From: a virus
Taxonomy: Duplodnaviria > Caudoviricetes
DNA length: 30,137 bases
Reading direction: 5' to 3' (one strand)
Virus record (IMG/VR): IMGVR_UViG_3300050032_000061
Location: 1-30,137 of that record
The notes beneath the pieces are model-generated. The model ran no database searches. It had not been told where the DNA came from and saw nothing but the letters and a program-made list of their open reading frames with translations. How positions within the stretch are numbered: the stretch's first letter is position 1; the number at the start of each line of letters is the position of its first letter. Of this stretch, positions 1-8,450 are shown in pieces. The position numbers and the translations under genes were made by a program.

Positions 1-102
1 GCAAGTGACCAGCCCTTTGCGCGGCCATTTGAAGCCGCCGTATGAAGTCATGTTTGCGTTACAGGTTCGCATGATAGGTACGAGGTTCGATTTTGTTGTC
101 AT
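1..102 (-). CDS. Phage hypothetical protein, N-terminal 34 codons (runs off the window start)
   Basis: Manual translation MTTKSNLVPIMRTCNANMTSYGGFKWPRKGLVTC. ATG at 102-100 with a GGAGG SD (complement CCTCC at 111-115). The RTC..M.SYGGF.WP motif resembles a common small phage protein. Confidence 0.7.
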   Translation of the reverse strand, partial: MTTKSNLVPIMRTCNANMTSYGGFKWPRKGLVTC

Positions 103-128
103 TTTTGTTTCCTCCCTTGCATGATGTA

Positions 129-158
129 AAGGTAGCGCAATACAATAATCACTGTCAA
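129..158 (-). promoter_or_regulatory. sigma70-type promoter, leftward
   Basis: Minus strand TTGACA (158-153), 18-nt spacer, TACCTT (134-129), upstream of the SD/ATG of the partial leftward gene. Confidence 0.55.
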
Positions 159-242
159 GCACAATCGTATAAAAACGTCTAAATAATTACACCAAGTATC
201 ATATCGTGGTATTTAGGGCTATATCTTTATATATAGATAAAC

Positions 243-271
243 TTGAGGCTGCAGGAAAGATGCGCTATAAT
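243..271 (+). promoter_or_regulatory. sigma70-type promoter for the packaging/structural operon
   Basis: TTGAGG (243-248), 17-nt spacer, TATAAT (266-271) in an AT-rich intergenic region. A second TATAAT lies at 294-299. Confidence 0.6.
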
Positions 272-306
272 CACGCCAATCAGGAACAGAAGGTATAATT
301 TAAACC

Positions 307-693
307 ATGACGATTAAATGGACGCCTGAACTCGAAGATACAATCGCAAAGCGGCTCATAAATCGTTCATTGCGTAGGATTTGTGAAGAAGATAAAGATT
401 TACCCTCTCGCGCTGCAATTAATGAAAGATTGACAGAGAATGAAGAGTTCTGGACCAAGTGCGCGCGGGCGAGACGTATTCAGGCAATGCAAAGGCTTGA
501 ATCTGTTGAACTTGATGTGGATTCATGTAATGCGGATAATGCTCGCGCTGTTGCTGTCAAGGTGAGCTATGCGCAATGGTTCGCAGAGAAAGCGCTACCG
601 AAAGAATACGGGGCAAAATTAGCGCATACTGGCGCTGATGGTGATGGCCCAGTTAAGTTGATAATCGAGCACATTGGCTCAGATGGAGAGTGA
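307..693 (+). CDS. terS: Terminase small subunit (Sf6/P22-like HTH type)
   Basis: 128 aa with W/YTPEL...I..RL...SLR.IC....LPS HTH N-terminus and W.A.K..PK.YG.K..HTG.DG.P C-terminus; lies directly upstream of terL. Confidence 0.9.
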   Translation: MTIKWTPELEDTIAKRLINRSLRRICEEDKDLPSRAAINERLTENEEFWTKCARARRIQAMQRLESVELDVDSCNADNARAVAVKVSYAQWFAEKALPKEYGAKLAHTGADGDGPVKLIIEHIGSDGE

Positions 694-698
694 GAGCA

Positions 699-791
699 AT
701 GCTTAGTCTGATTGGCAGCACGGTAATTGTTATTGTTCTGGTGGTTGTGTGGTTCTGGCTTAGTAGAGATACAGCACACGATGGACGTTAA
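699..791 (+). CDS. 30-aa single-pass membrane micropeptide
   Basis: MLSLIGSTVIVIVLVVVWFWLSRDTAHDGR*. GGAG at 685-688. It fills the terS-terL gap and overlaps the terL ATG (781). Below the ORF-track cutoff. Confidence 0.55.
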   Translation: MLSLIGSTVIVIVLVVVWFWLSRDTAHDGR

Positions 792-2394
792 AGTACGACT
801 GCAACCTAAACAATCCGCACTACTTAAACTCATCAAGACATCGCGCGCTGTAGTCATCGGCGCTGGTGGTGGCCGCGGCTCTGCTAAGAGCTCAGGCGCC
901 GATCGTTGCCTGATTACGCTCATGCACGAGTGGCCTGGCCTGACTGCGTGCCTCATTATGCGCACCTGGGTTAAGCAGTTGGTGCCATTCCATTTAGAGC
1001 CTATACGCAGAGATTTCCCATGGGTCGAAAAAGGATTGAAGGCCTCGCCGCCGGCCATGTTGCGCATTGGTAAGTCGCGCTTAGACTTCAAATATGCGGA
1101 GAACTATGACAGTGTGATTGAGGCGTTCCGCTCAGGTAACTACGATCTTCTGGTGATTGACCAGGCCGAGCAATTCTCTGGCCGCGAGATCCGCGAGATG
1201 CGCAAGGCTTGCCGGTCAACTACGGGTCATGCTGCCAAGACGGTGCTGATCTTCAATATGCGCGGCGCCAGCATTCAAGAGTTGCGTAAATGGTTCCATT
1301 TACATGAAGTTAACCGCGATGAAGACCCTGCTGATTACGCGTTCCTGAAGATGAACCCATGGGATAACGTGGAATGGGTGCGCGCGTCGCTCAAGGATGA
1401 TGGATACAGCGTCAAGGATTACTACTCGTGGACAGATGAGCAGCGCAAGGCGTATGCATCTACGCGTGGCCCGTATACGCGCCAGCTCGCAACTGACGAT
1501 GAAGTAATACGCAAGGCGGACTGGGAGGGCGACTGGGATTCGCTGGAGGGTGCCTACTTCGCCAACAGCTTCGATCTGGAGTCTGTGCGTATCAACCCTG
1601 ACCTGGTAGAGCAGATGCGTAAGCCATGGGCAACACACTGGTTCGCGCAGGATTGGGGCAAGGCTCACTGGTGCGTGACGTTGTGGGCATACCGTATCGC
1701 GCTCAAGCCGAGCGAGGCTAAACAGTTCTTGGATTGGGACTTAGAGCGGCAGATCAATGTAACGGTGCTATACCGCGAGATGATTATCAACGAGAAGGAG
1801 GCGCCAGATGTGGCACAGGATATTGCTGATTCTACGCCGGTTAGTGAGCGGCCCAAGCATAAAGCCTTCTTCCTCTCTCCGGAAGAGGTTACGGACGATC
1901 CGAATTCGATTGGATCACAAGAATCACGCCGGCTGAAGCTGAATGGGCTGCCCGGCGCGATCAAGGCTGACAATGACCGTAAGGGCGGATACGGCATGAT
2001 GGGCGCGCTGTTCAAGGCAACCAAGGGTAAAGGTTGGGGCGTGGATAAGGATGGCAACCGCTTCCAGTACGATGATGCGGTGCTGGTATCGAGTGAATGT
2101 CCGGAGTGGTTGAACGCCATCCCGGCGCTGGTGCGCGACCCCAAGAACCTTGACGATGTGTTGAAGACGGACTTGAGCACGGCGAAGATTGAGCAGGATT
2201 TAGGCGATGCGGGGCGCTATTTGCTAAAATCCATGTTGAGTCCACGCAAGAAGAGCGCGGAAGAGGTATATTCTGAAAACATGGACGCTGCCGAGCCGGT
2301 CGAGCGCATGATGATGGCGTTCAAGCATACGATGGCGAAGAAGAAGCCGAAGCGGCAGTTTATGCCGCCGAGTTGGAAATCTAATATTAGGTGA
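781..2394 (+). CDS. terL: Terminase large subunit
   Basis: Adenine-binding LQPKQ, Walker A GGRGSAKS, Walker B LLVID(Q)AE, RNase-H nuclease DWG and D..DAGRY. Start moved from TTG 727 to ATG 781 because the domain begins there. Confidence 0.93.
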   Translation: MDVKVRLQPKQSALLKLIKTSRAVVIGAGGGRGSAKSSGADRCLITLMHEWPGLTACLIMRTWVKQLVPFHLEPIRRDFPWVEKGLKASPPAMLRIGKSRLDFKYAENYDSVIEAFRSGNYDLLVIDQAEQFSGREIREMRKACRSTTGHAAKTVLIFNMRGASIQELRKWFHLHEVNRDEDPADYAFLKMNPWDNVEWVRASLKDDGYSVKDYYSWTDEQRKAYASTRGPYTRQLATDDEVIRKADWEGDWDSLEGAYFANSFDLESVRINPDLVEQMRKPWATHWFAQDWGKAHWCVTLWAYRIALKPSEAKQFLDWDLERQINVTVLYREMIINEKEAPDVAQDIADSTPVSERPKHKAFFLSPEEVTDDPNSIGSQESRRLKLNGLPGAIKADNDRKGGYGMMGALFKATKGKGWGVDKDGNRFQYDDAVLVSSECPEWLNAIPALVRDPKNLDDVLKTDLSTAKIEQDLGDAGRYLLKSMLSPRKKSAEEVYSENMDAAEPVERMMMAFKHTMAKKKPKRQFMPPSWKSNIR

Positions 2395-2398
2395 GATT

Positions 2399-2632
2399 AT
2401 GAATGAGACCATGAACACGCAAACCTCATATCCTGGAAGGCTCTCAACACCCTTCGTAAACCTCTCACCCACTTTTCCAGGGCCTGCCGAGTGGGCATTT
2501 CGATGCAAAGTAGCCCAGGAACGGGAAATGGCCTACCGCAAAACCCTACGCGGAAGGGTTGAGAACTTTCTCTATCACCTACGCGGGATAATCTCCGACT
2601 TGATCGCTCCAGAAGGGTGGAACGCCGAATGA
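2399..2632 (+). CDS. Hypothetical protein
   Basis: 77-aa ORF packed after terL with an ATGA overlap into the next gene. Confidence 0.6.
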   Translation: MNETMNTQTSYPGRLSTPFVNLSPTFPGPAEWAFRCKVAQEREMAYRKTLRGRVENFLYHLRGIISDLIAPEGWNAE

Positions 2633-2964
2633 ACTCTCCCGAATGGGATAAGCAAACCGGGCGCTTGTGGGTATGGCCATGGGAACGCCACAGGATACAC
2701 CTCGAAGAAGAGATTGACTATCTGCGCGCGCAACTCTCCCAGAAGCAGCGCCGGAACGATGAACTGCAGGAAGCGCTAATCGGGATTACCAAGCCGAAGC
2801 CGGCCATCCAGCGCGAAGTCAAGCCGGACATGAAGCCTGTTACTTTCCAACCCCGAGGCATAGAAGCATTTAAGGCGCAGCGCAGAGCGAACCCACCCAA
2901 AGAGACCGAAGCAGTTAAAGGACCATTCAAGACAGAGGAGGCACCAATTGGCATTTCCAGGTAA
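2629..2964 (+). CDS. Hypothetical coiled-coil protein
   Basis: ATGA-coupled start at 2629 (alternative GTG 2617); heptad-like LEEEIDYLRAQLSQKQRRNDELQEAL. Confidence 0.65.
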   Translation: MNSPEWDKQTGRLWVWPWERHRIHLEEEIDYLRAQLSQKQRRNDELQEALIGITKPKPAIQREVKPDMKPVTFQPRGIEAFKAQRRANPPKETEAVKGPFKTEEAPIGISR

Positions 2965-3238
2965 AGATGGTAAGCCGTACCCGAACCAGATGCAGGCGTT
3001 TCAAGCCAAACCAGCACCAGCCGCACCGCCTGCCGATCCTGGTGCCGACCCGAACGCGGGTAAGCCTAGCATTCAAGACGATCCCGAAGCCATGAAGCTC
3101 GTAGACCAGCTTTCGCAGATGGGCTACACTGGCGAAGATGTTGAGATGGCGATGGGCGGAATGGGCGGCGGTGCAGACCAGATGGGTGGCAAGGAAGCAA
3201 CTGCTGCCGCGCCGTTGCAGATTCCGGGGTTGCAGTAG
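2948..3238 (+). CDS. Hypothetical Pro/Gly/Met-rich protein
   Basis: TTG start with a strong GAGGAGG SD; 96 aa of low complexity. Confidence 0.7.
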   Translation: MAFPGKDGKPYPNQMQAFQAKPAPAAPPADPGADPNAGKPSIQDDPEAMKLVDQLSQMGYTGEDVEMAMGGMGGGADQMGGKEATAAAPLQIPGLQ

Positions 3239-3243
3239 GCGTA

Positions 3244-3444
3244 ATGGACTTCGAGAAGCAAAAACCTATCACCCCAGAGTTCCGCGAGAACTGGGAACGC
3301 GTCTACCGCAATGGCTGCCCGATGCTCGACGAGGAGACCAATGGAGACCAGAACAGTAACGCAGCGCCTAGACGATCTGGAGCACGACAACAACATGCTG
3401 CGGAAGAGAGATGCAGAGCGGCAAGTCGAGTACCAACGCCTTGA
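3244..3444 (+). CDS. Small hypothetical protein
   Basis: ATG 5 nt after the previous stop; KPITPEFRENWERVY resembles a short motif seen in small phage proteins. The 3' half overlaps the next ORF. Confidence 0.4.
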   Translation: MDFEKQKPITPEFRENWERVYRNGCPMLDEETNGDQNSNAAPRRSGARQQHAAEERCRAASRVPTP

Positions 3445-3535
3445 GAGCGAGTTTGAAGCAATGGGCGCAAGGTGCAACAAATTGATTCGAGTAGTCAACG
3501 AATTCATTGGCAGATTCGCAAGAGTCGCCAATTAA
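3341..3535 (+). CDS. Small coiled-coil hypothetical protein
   Basis: GAGGAG SD at 3331-3336 and ATG 3341; 64 aa helical. Confidence 0.65.
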   Translation: METRTVTQRLDDLEHDNNMLRKRDAERQVEYQRLESEFEAMGARCNKLIRVVNEFIGRFARVAN

Positions 3536-3544
3536 GGAGATGCA

Positions 3545-3898
3545 ATGAGCAAAATCAAAAGTCTCAATATCGCTGAAACGCCAAAAAAGGGTGAAGAGCC
3601 GATTATCACTCTGATTGAAACGTTGCGCAAGTTTGACGACCGTCTTCAGGCTATCGAAGATAAAATCTTTGCTAACTCTGATGGTTCAGGCACTGCTCGG
3701 TACGAGAATTGGACGCAGCGCAGCGACGGAACCGACTATCCTGGTTCGTATGGAGTCGGGCCGGTGGGATCAGACGGCCAGCCGCTCAAGCCGTTTGTTC
3801 CGTACACTGAGACGGCGCCCACGGCTGTCGTAGTCCCCGAACCATATCCAGCAAGAGTGCCAACCACGAAACCGACCGAGGTTCTGAGTGGCAACTGA
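3545..3898 (+). CDS. Hypothetical protein
   Basis: AAGGAG SD; 117 aa; overlaps the portal start. Confidence 0.7.
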   Translation: MSKIKSLNIAETPKKGEEPIITLIETLRKFDDRLQAIEDKIFANSDGSGTARYENWTQRSDGTDYPGSYGVGPVGSDGQPLKPFVPYTETAPTAVVVPEPYPARVPTTKPTEVLSGN

Positions 3899-6365
3899 AG
3901 TCCAGAATCCTCCGACTGGTGATGAGGGCGAGACCGGGCAGGCGGCCCAGGAGTATGCCCCTGGTGAGCTAGCGCCGTCGATCATCACCAGCGCGAAGGT
4001 CTGGAAACCCAAGGACATTGAGGCGGTTGATCCCACATTAGTCAATGTTTTCATAACTTTAGCTGAATCGTGTTCGCAGGCGGATGAGGCTGCACGGCGC
4101 TTCTCTGTACTCCAAGTATGGGAAGAGCGGCACATGGACCGCGGCTACCAGTATCTTGAGGGCGGCCAGAATGGCGGCTGGAACATCATTGGCGCTGATG
4201 CAGGCAAGAACAAGAACGGCCTGGCAGAGACGAATGACGCCAATCTGTACGCAACCAATATTCTGAGTGCTCAAGGCGATATCAGCACATCGGCTCTCTG
4301 TCGCGGACAGATCAAGGTCAACTTCACGCCCAACAAGAGCAAGAATCCGATAGACGTGGCATGTGCGGATGAATCCAATAAATACAAGCACTTATGGTAT
4401 GAGACGAATGACTCAATTTCGCTCCAGCGCTCAACGGCGGGCCTTGCATGGACTGATCCCCGCGGCGTTTTCTGGACGCGCACGGTAGCCGATAAAGCGT
4501 TCGGGCTGAATGAGGATGGATCTATCCGGACGCGAGAGATTACAAGTCTGCATGGCGTGCTGGAAACTAAAGCGCCCATGATGAATGACCGGCTCAATGA
4601 AATGAGCTACTTTCAAGTTTTTGAGGAGAGCGACTATGCAATCGAACGAGCCAAATACCCCTGGATGGGTGATAAGATCAAGCCGTCATGGGGGACAGCA
4701 GGTGAGTTGGAATTTGAACGCATTGCCCGAATCAATACAAGAATCGGAATTGTTGGAAAGTACATTACGGGGACTTCGGGAATCCGTGAGTCAACTGTCG
4801 GATATATGTGGTTTAGATCTGGAATGTACTTTGATGACAAAATCACCCCGCCCCAGCGCGAATGGCTCCTGAAAGAATTCCCCGAAGGCGTGTTTTGCAT
4901 CCTTCACGGCAAGGAATTAACCTGCGCTTGGACTGAGAGCATGGACGACCATCTGGCGCTGGGCATGTTCTGCCGCGGATTTGGTCAGAACCGGCGCGCG
5001 CTTGGCTCTTCAGATATTCCCATCCAAAAGCGCATCAACATCTGGGCAGACCTTTGGGACAAGTTTGTACGCACAGCCATTAGCGTGACCGTGATGGACG
5101 ACCAGGCATTCAACGCGGAAGCACAGGCGCAGTTGCAAGCCAGCCCTGGCCGCTTCGAGTTTGTGGCTGTGCCAGAAGGGCGGCCAATTACCGATTTAGT
5201 GACGCAAACGCCTGTTCCCACTCCACAGCCGGGCATGTACGAGATGTTCCAGTGGTATGTCGGGCCTCTGATTCAATCAATCGATGGTTGCACGCCGGCG
5301 CTATTCGGTTCAGGAGAAGGTTCGGATAATACGGTTGGCGCTACTCAGATTCGTTTGCAGCAAGCGCTCGAACGGCTTGGCGCCGCATGGATTGTGGCAA
5401 ATATGATGTTTTCAACGGCAATTCGGCAGGCGGCCAAGTGTTGCGCAGAGAACGGGACTGGAGAAATCAGCGATACCGTCCCCGGATATGGCGATGTGAC
5501 GGTAAATCCTGAGAATTTGAAAGGCAACGCGAAATGCCGCCCCGAAAACATCAATGCTATCCCGGAGAGTGGAGCTCAACGCGAAGCCAAGGTATTGCAA
5601 GTGCTGGACATGGCCATGCAGAATCAGGAAGTTGCTGCCGTAGTCGCCCGTCCATCCAATACGCGCGAAATCGTCAAGGCTTTGTCACTCGACGATATTA
5701 TCACCGTGGATGAAGCCAACTGGGAAGACGGGGCGCTTGAAGATATTGAGCGGTTGCTGGATTCCGAGCCGCTTATCAATCCCGACTGGCAAAAACTCAC
5801 AGACCAGTTAACCCAATTGAATGAGACGCATGAGCAGGCTAAGGAGCTTGCCAGTACAGCTGTGCAATCCGGAGAAATGCTGGCCGAAGAAGAATTACAG
5901 CAGGGCGAACAGCTCGAGCAACAAGTAGCCGCGCTCCAGAAGCAACTTGAGCAAGTTCCGCAGTATCTGCCCAGCGTACCGGTTGCTGAGGATGAATCTG
6001 AGGATCACGCCACAATTTCGGCTACGGTCTTTAGCTGGATGGGCGAGTCGGATGGCCGTTCACTTCGGCGCAAGTCTGAGAAAGAGCCTCCAGAGGGCGA
6101 GAACTGGAAGAAGTGGCAGAATGTCTTTCTTTACTGGAAGGGTCATAAAGATATGGCCGGCAAACTCAGCAAGGCCCAGGCACCGCCGCCGAAGTTGAGC
6201 ATGACGGGTAAACTTACGCCGCAACAGCAGGCACAACTGCTTCAACAGGCAGCAGGGATACAGAGCGACCTACAAGCTGCCAATCAGCCCGACGAGCAGG
6301 AGACGGAAACAATTCAACGCACGCCGATGATGGAACTAAAAACGAGGACGAAACGGCGCTTATGA
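3888..6365 (+). CDS. Portal protein (P22-like, with a long Q/E-rich C-terminal coiled coil)
   Basis: 825 aa between terL and scaffold/capsid; ..IPIQKRIN.. stem, G....LFG....NT.GA..I..QQA clip/stem motif, and a Q-rich barrel-like C-terminus. Confidence 0.85.
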   Translation: MATEVQNPPTGDEGETGQAAQEYAPGELAPSIITSAKVWKPKDIEAVDPTLVNVFITLAESCSQADEAARRFSVLQVWEERHMDRGYQYLEGGQNGGWNIIGADAGKNKNGLAETNDANLYATNILSAQGDISTSALCRGQIKVNFTPNKSKNPIDVACADESNKYKHLWYETNDSISLQRSTAGLAWTDPRGVFWTRTVADKAFGLNEDGSIRTREITSLHGVLETKAPMMNDRLNEMSYFQVFEESDYAIERAKYPWMGDKIKPSWGTAGELEFERIARINTRIGIVGKYITGTSGIRESTVGYMWFRSGMYFDDKITPPQREWLLKEFPEGVFCILHGKELTCAWTESMDDHLALGMFCRGFGQNRRALGSSDIPIQKRINIWADLWDKFVRTAISVTVMDDQAFNAEAQAQLQASPGRFEFVAVPEGRPITDLVTQTPVPTPQPGMYEMFQWYVGPLIQSIDGCTPALFGSGEGSDNTVGATQIRLQQALERLGAAWIVANMMFSTAIRQAAKCCAENGTGEISDTVPGYGDVTVNPENLKGNAKCRPENINAIPESGAQREAKVLQVLDMAMQNQEVAAVVARPSNTREIVKALSLDDIITVDEANWEDGALEDIERLLDSEPLINPDWQKLTDQLTQLNETHEQAKELASTAVQSGEMLAEEELQQGEQLEQQVAALQKQLEQVPQYLPSVPVAEDESEDHATISATVFSWMGESDGRSLRRKSEKEPPEGENWKKWQNVFLYWKGHKDMAGKLSKAQAPPPKLSMTGKLTPQQQAQLLQQAAGIQSDLQAANQPDEQETETIQRTPMMELKTRTKRRL

Positions 6366-6982
6366 AAGACCGGATCGTGGGCTATCTCGTAAGGCACGGC
6401 GAGACGACGACAAACGCCGATGGGCGATATCGCTCATGGTCAGATCCGCCCTTGAACGATAAAGGGCTAGTGCAGGCTCGAGCAGCGGCTAAATTCCTGA
6501 GCAAAGAGCCGATCAAACATATAATCTCTTCGCCCTTGCTCCGCGCCTTTATTACTGCCGATATTATCGCCGGGCCGCACAAATTACAGGTCTTTCAGCA
6601 TCGCGGGCTATTCCCCTGGCGGCTAGGCATCTTTACTGGCCTGCCAAAAGATGAGAACGGGGACGCGTTACGCCTGTTTGTCAGTAATCCAGAGGTTTGT
6701 ATGCCAGAAGGAGAGTCGCTAAATGATTTTGAAGAGCGGCAATTTGCTTTCTGGCAAGCATCCCTTGAAATGGCGCATGATGGCGGGTTGACTGTCTACA
6801 TCGCGCATACCAGCAATGTCACAGCACTGGTGAACTTCACGGAAGGCGCTCACGATATAGAGCCTGAGTTTGGCGATAGCGTCAAGCCTGGGGGAGTGGC
6901 CGCAATTTACTTCAACGGAAAACAACACCGAATCGAGCCGATCTTCGGAAATGTCGAAGAAGCGGTTTTCGGCGGATCCTAG
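6362..6982 (+). CDS. Histidine phosphatase superfamily (phosphoglycerate mutase-like) protein
   Basis: LVRHGET, D.PLN..G..QA, SSPLLRA, GES and IAH motifs all present; ATGA overlap with the portal stop. Confidence 0.92.
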   Translation: MKDRIVGYLVRHGETTTNADGRYRSWSDPPLNDKGLVQARAAAKFLSKEPIKHIISSPLLRAFITADIIAGPHKLQVFQHRGLFPWRLGIFTGLPKDENGDALRLFVSNPEVCMPEGESLNDFEERQFAFWQASLEMAHDGGLTVYIAHTSNVTALVNFTEGAHDIEPEFGDSVKPGGVAAIYFNGKQHRIEPIFGNVEEAVFGGS

Positions 6983-6992
6983 GAGACCATTA

Positions 6993-8273
6993 ATGGCTGA
7001 TTCAGCAGTAGATTTCGCCTCACTCGAAGCAACTGATGCAACGCAGGATACTGGACAGGATTCCGGTGTCGATGCGGGGCAAAACATAGAAATTTCGCCT
7101 GAGAATCAAGAAAGTCAACAGCAGCAGACAGGCGTTGAGGGCCAGCAGCAGCCGCCGGAAGCATTAACCGGCAAAGCCATCCGTGATGCGGTGCGTAGGC
7201 TTTCCGCGACCTCTCCTGAAGACGCGAAGCTGCTCAAGCAACTTGCGGACACCCATTTTCGGGTTGCGACAGGCTACCAGAGTTCCTTCAAGACGCCACA
7301 AGAGGCTACTACGGCTAAGCAGTTGATTGAGGCTGCTGGCGGAGTGGAGGGCATCACTCAGGCCACACAACGGCTCCAGACATACGACCAGCAAGACGCA
7401 GCTCTCAAAGAGGGCAATCCTGAAGTCCTGGACGCAATGTTTAAGGATTTTCCCGAAGGTGCTGCAGCGCTGGCGCCGCACTACCTGGACAAACTCTCGC
7501 AGACGAACCAGACTGCCTATAACGAGGCAGTTGGACCTCATGCCGTGGCAATGCTCGAAAATGCTGGTTTGGGGCGCTTCCTAGACGCTGCACTGGCGGA
7601 ACCGGATGAGGCGCGTTCCAAAGCGCTGGTAAAAGAGATTGCCGACTGGTTCAAGGGGCAGGCAGCCAATGCGAAACAGGTTCAGCAGGCCCGCACTACC
7701 CAGAATCCGGGCGCTGACAAGATAAAGCAGCGCGAGACGGAACTGAATACACGCGAAGAGAAGATTTTCCGCGATGCGGTCGCAGCCAAAACCAATGCCG
7801 CCATCAGCCAGCCGGTCGCTCAGGTAGTCGATCAATACGCCAAGCAGTACAAGCTTAACGATGTTCAGAAGGCGCATTACAAGACGACCCTCGAAAACGC
7901 TGTAATTGAGGAAATGAACGCCGATCAAACGTATCGACAGCAGATCGACCTGCGTTATTCCAACAAGAGCCGTACCCACGATACGGTATCCAGCTATGCT
8001 GCAGCGGAATTCAACCGGCGAGCCAAAGATAAGGCATTCGAGGTAGCGAAGAGCATTTACGGAGCGCCTAAGGGCGGAGCCGCGCAGAATGGCACTGGTA
8101 TAGTCAAACCTGGCGAGCCTAAGACGGCTCCCGGCGGTGGGCCTCTCAAAATCACTGCCCAGCCGCCCGATGCACAGATCGATTGGAATAAGCCAGATGC
8201 GGATACCGCGCAATTGAACTTCATTAAGGGGCGCGGCTGGACCAAATCAGGGCATTTCGTGAATTGGCGTTGA
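6993..8273 (+). CDS. Probable capsid scaffolding protein
   Basis: AGGAG SD and ATG 6993; acidic disordered N-terminus, helical A/Q/K-rich body; immediately upstream of the major capsid gene. Confidence 0.7.
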   Translation: MADSAVDFASLEATDATQDTGQDSGVDAGQNIEISPENQESQQQQTGVEGQQQPPEALTGKAIRDAVRRLSATSPEDAKLLKQLADTHFRVATGYQSSFKTPQEATTAKQLIEAAGGVEGITQATQRLQTYDQQDAALKEGNPEVLDAMFKDFPEGAAALAPHYLDKLSQTNQTAYNEAVGPHAVAMLENAGLGRFLDAALAEPDEARSKALVKEIADWFKGQAANAKQVQQARTTQNPGADKIKQRETELNTREEKIFRDAVAAKTNAAISQPVAQVVDQYAKQYKLNDVQKAHYKTTLENAVIEEMNADQTYRQQIDLRYSNKSRTHDTVSSYAAAEFNRRAKDKAFEVAKSIYGAPKGGAAQNGTGIVKPGEPKTAPGGGPLKITAQPPDAQIDWNKPDADTAQLNFIKGRGWTKSGHFVNWR

Positions 8274-8275
8274 GT

Positions 8276-8286
8276 TGTGCTATGAT
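8276..8286 (+). promoter_or_regulatory. Extended -10 promoter for the major capsid gene
   Basis: TGTGCTATGAT (TG-n-TATGAT) just after the scaffold stop; no good -35. Confidence 0.5.
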
Positions 8287-8306
8287 TTTGCGTAGAGATT
8301 AATGGC

Positions 8307-8447
8307 AGCCGGGAAAGACCGGCAGAATCTCCCGGCTCGTCGAGGTCACGCCTCGGTAAAAAGTGTCGGCCATATAGGAAGATTCTCCAGACGTAGAGAC
8401 CGTAACACGTCAACTGACGGCGCGCAATTGTGCCGTTTGGGAGAATT
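8307..8447 (+). ncRNA. Structured 5' leader (candidate cis-regulatory RNA) of the capsid gene
   Basis: Several perfect or near-perfect stems, an H-type pseudoknot at 8341-8365, and an anti-SD at 8382-8388 complementary to 8440-8446. Confidence 0.5.
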
Positions 8448-8450
8448 CAC

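Noticed and set aside
8341-8365. preQ1-I riboswitch (stem followed by A-rich tail)
   Set aside because: The loop is only 5 nt, lacks the ligand-binding loop sequence, and the downstream gene is unrelated to queuosine.
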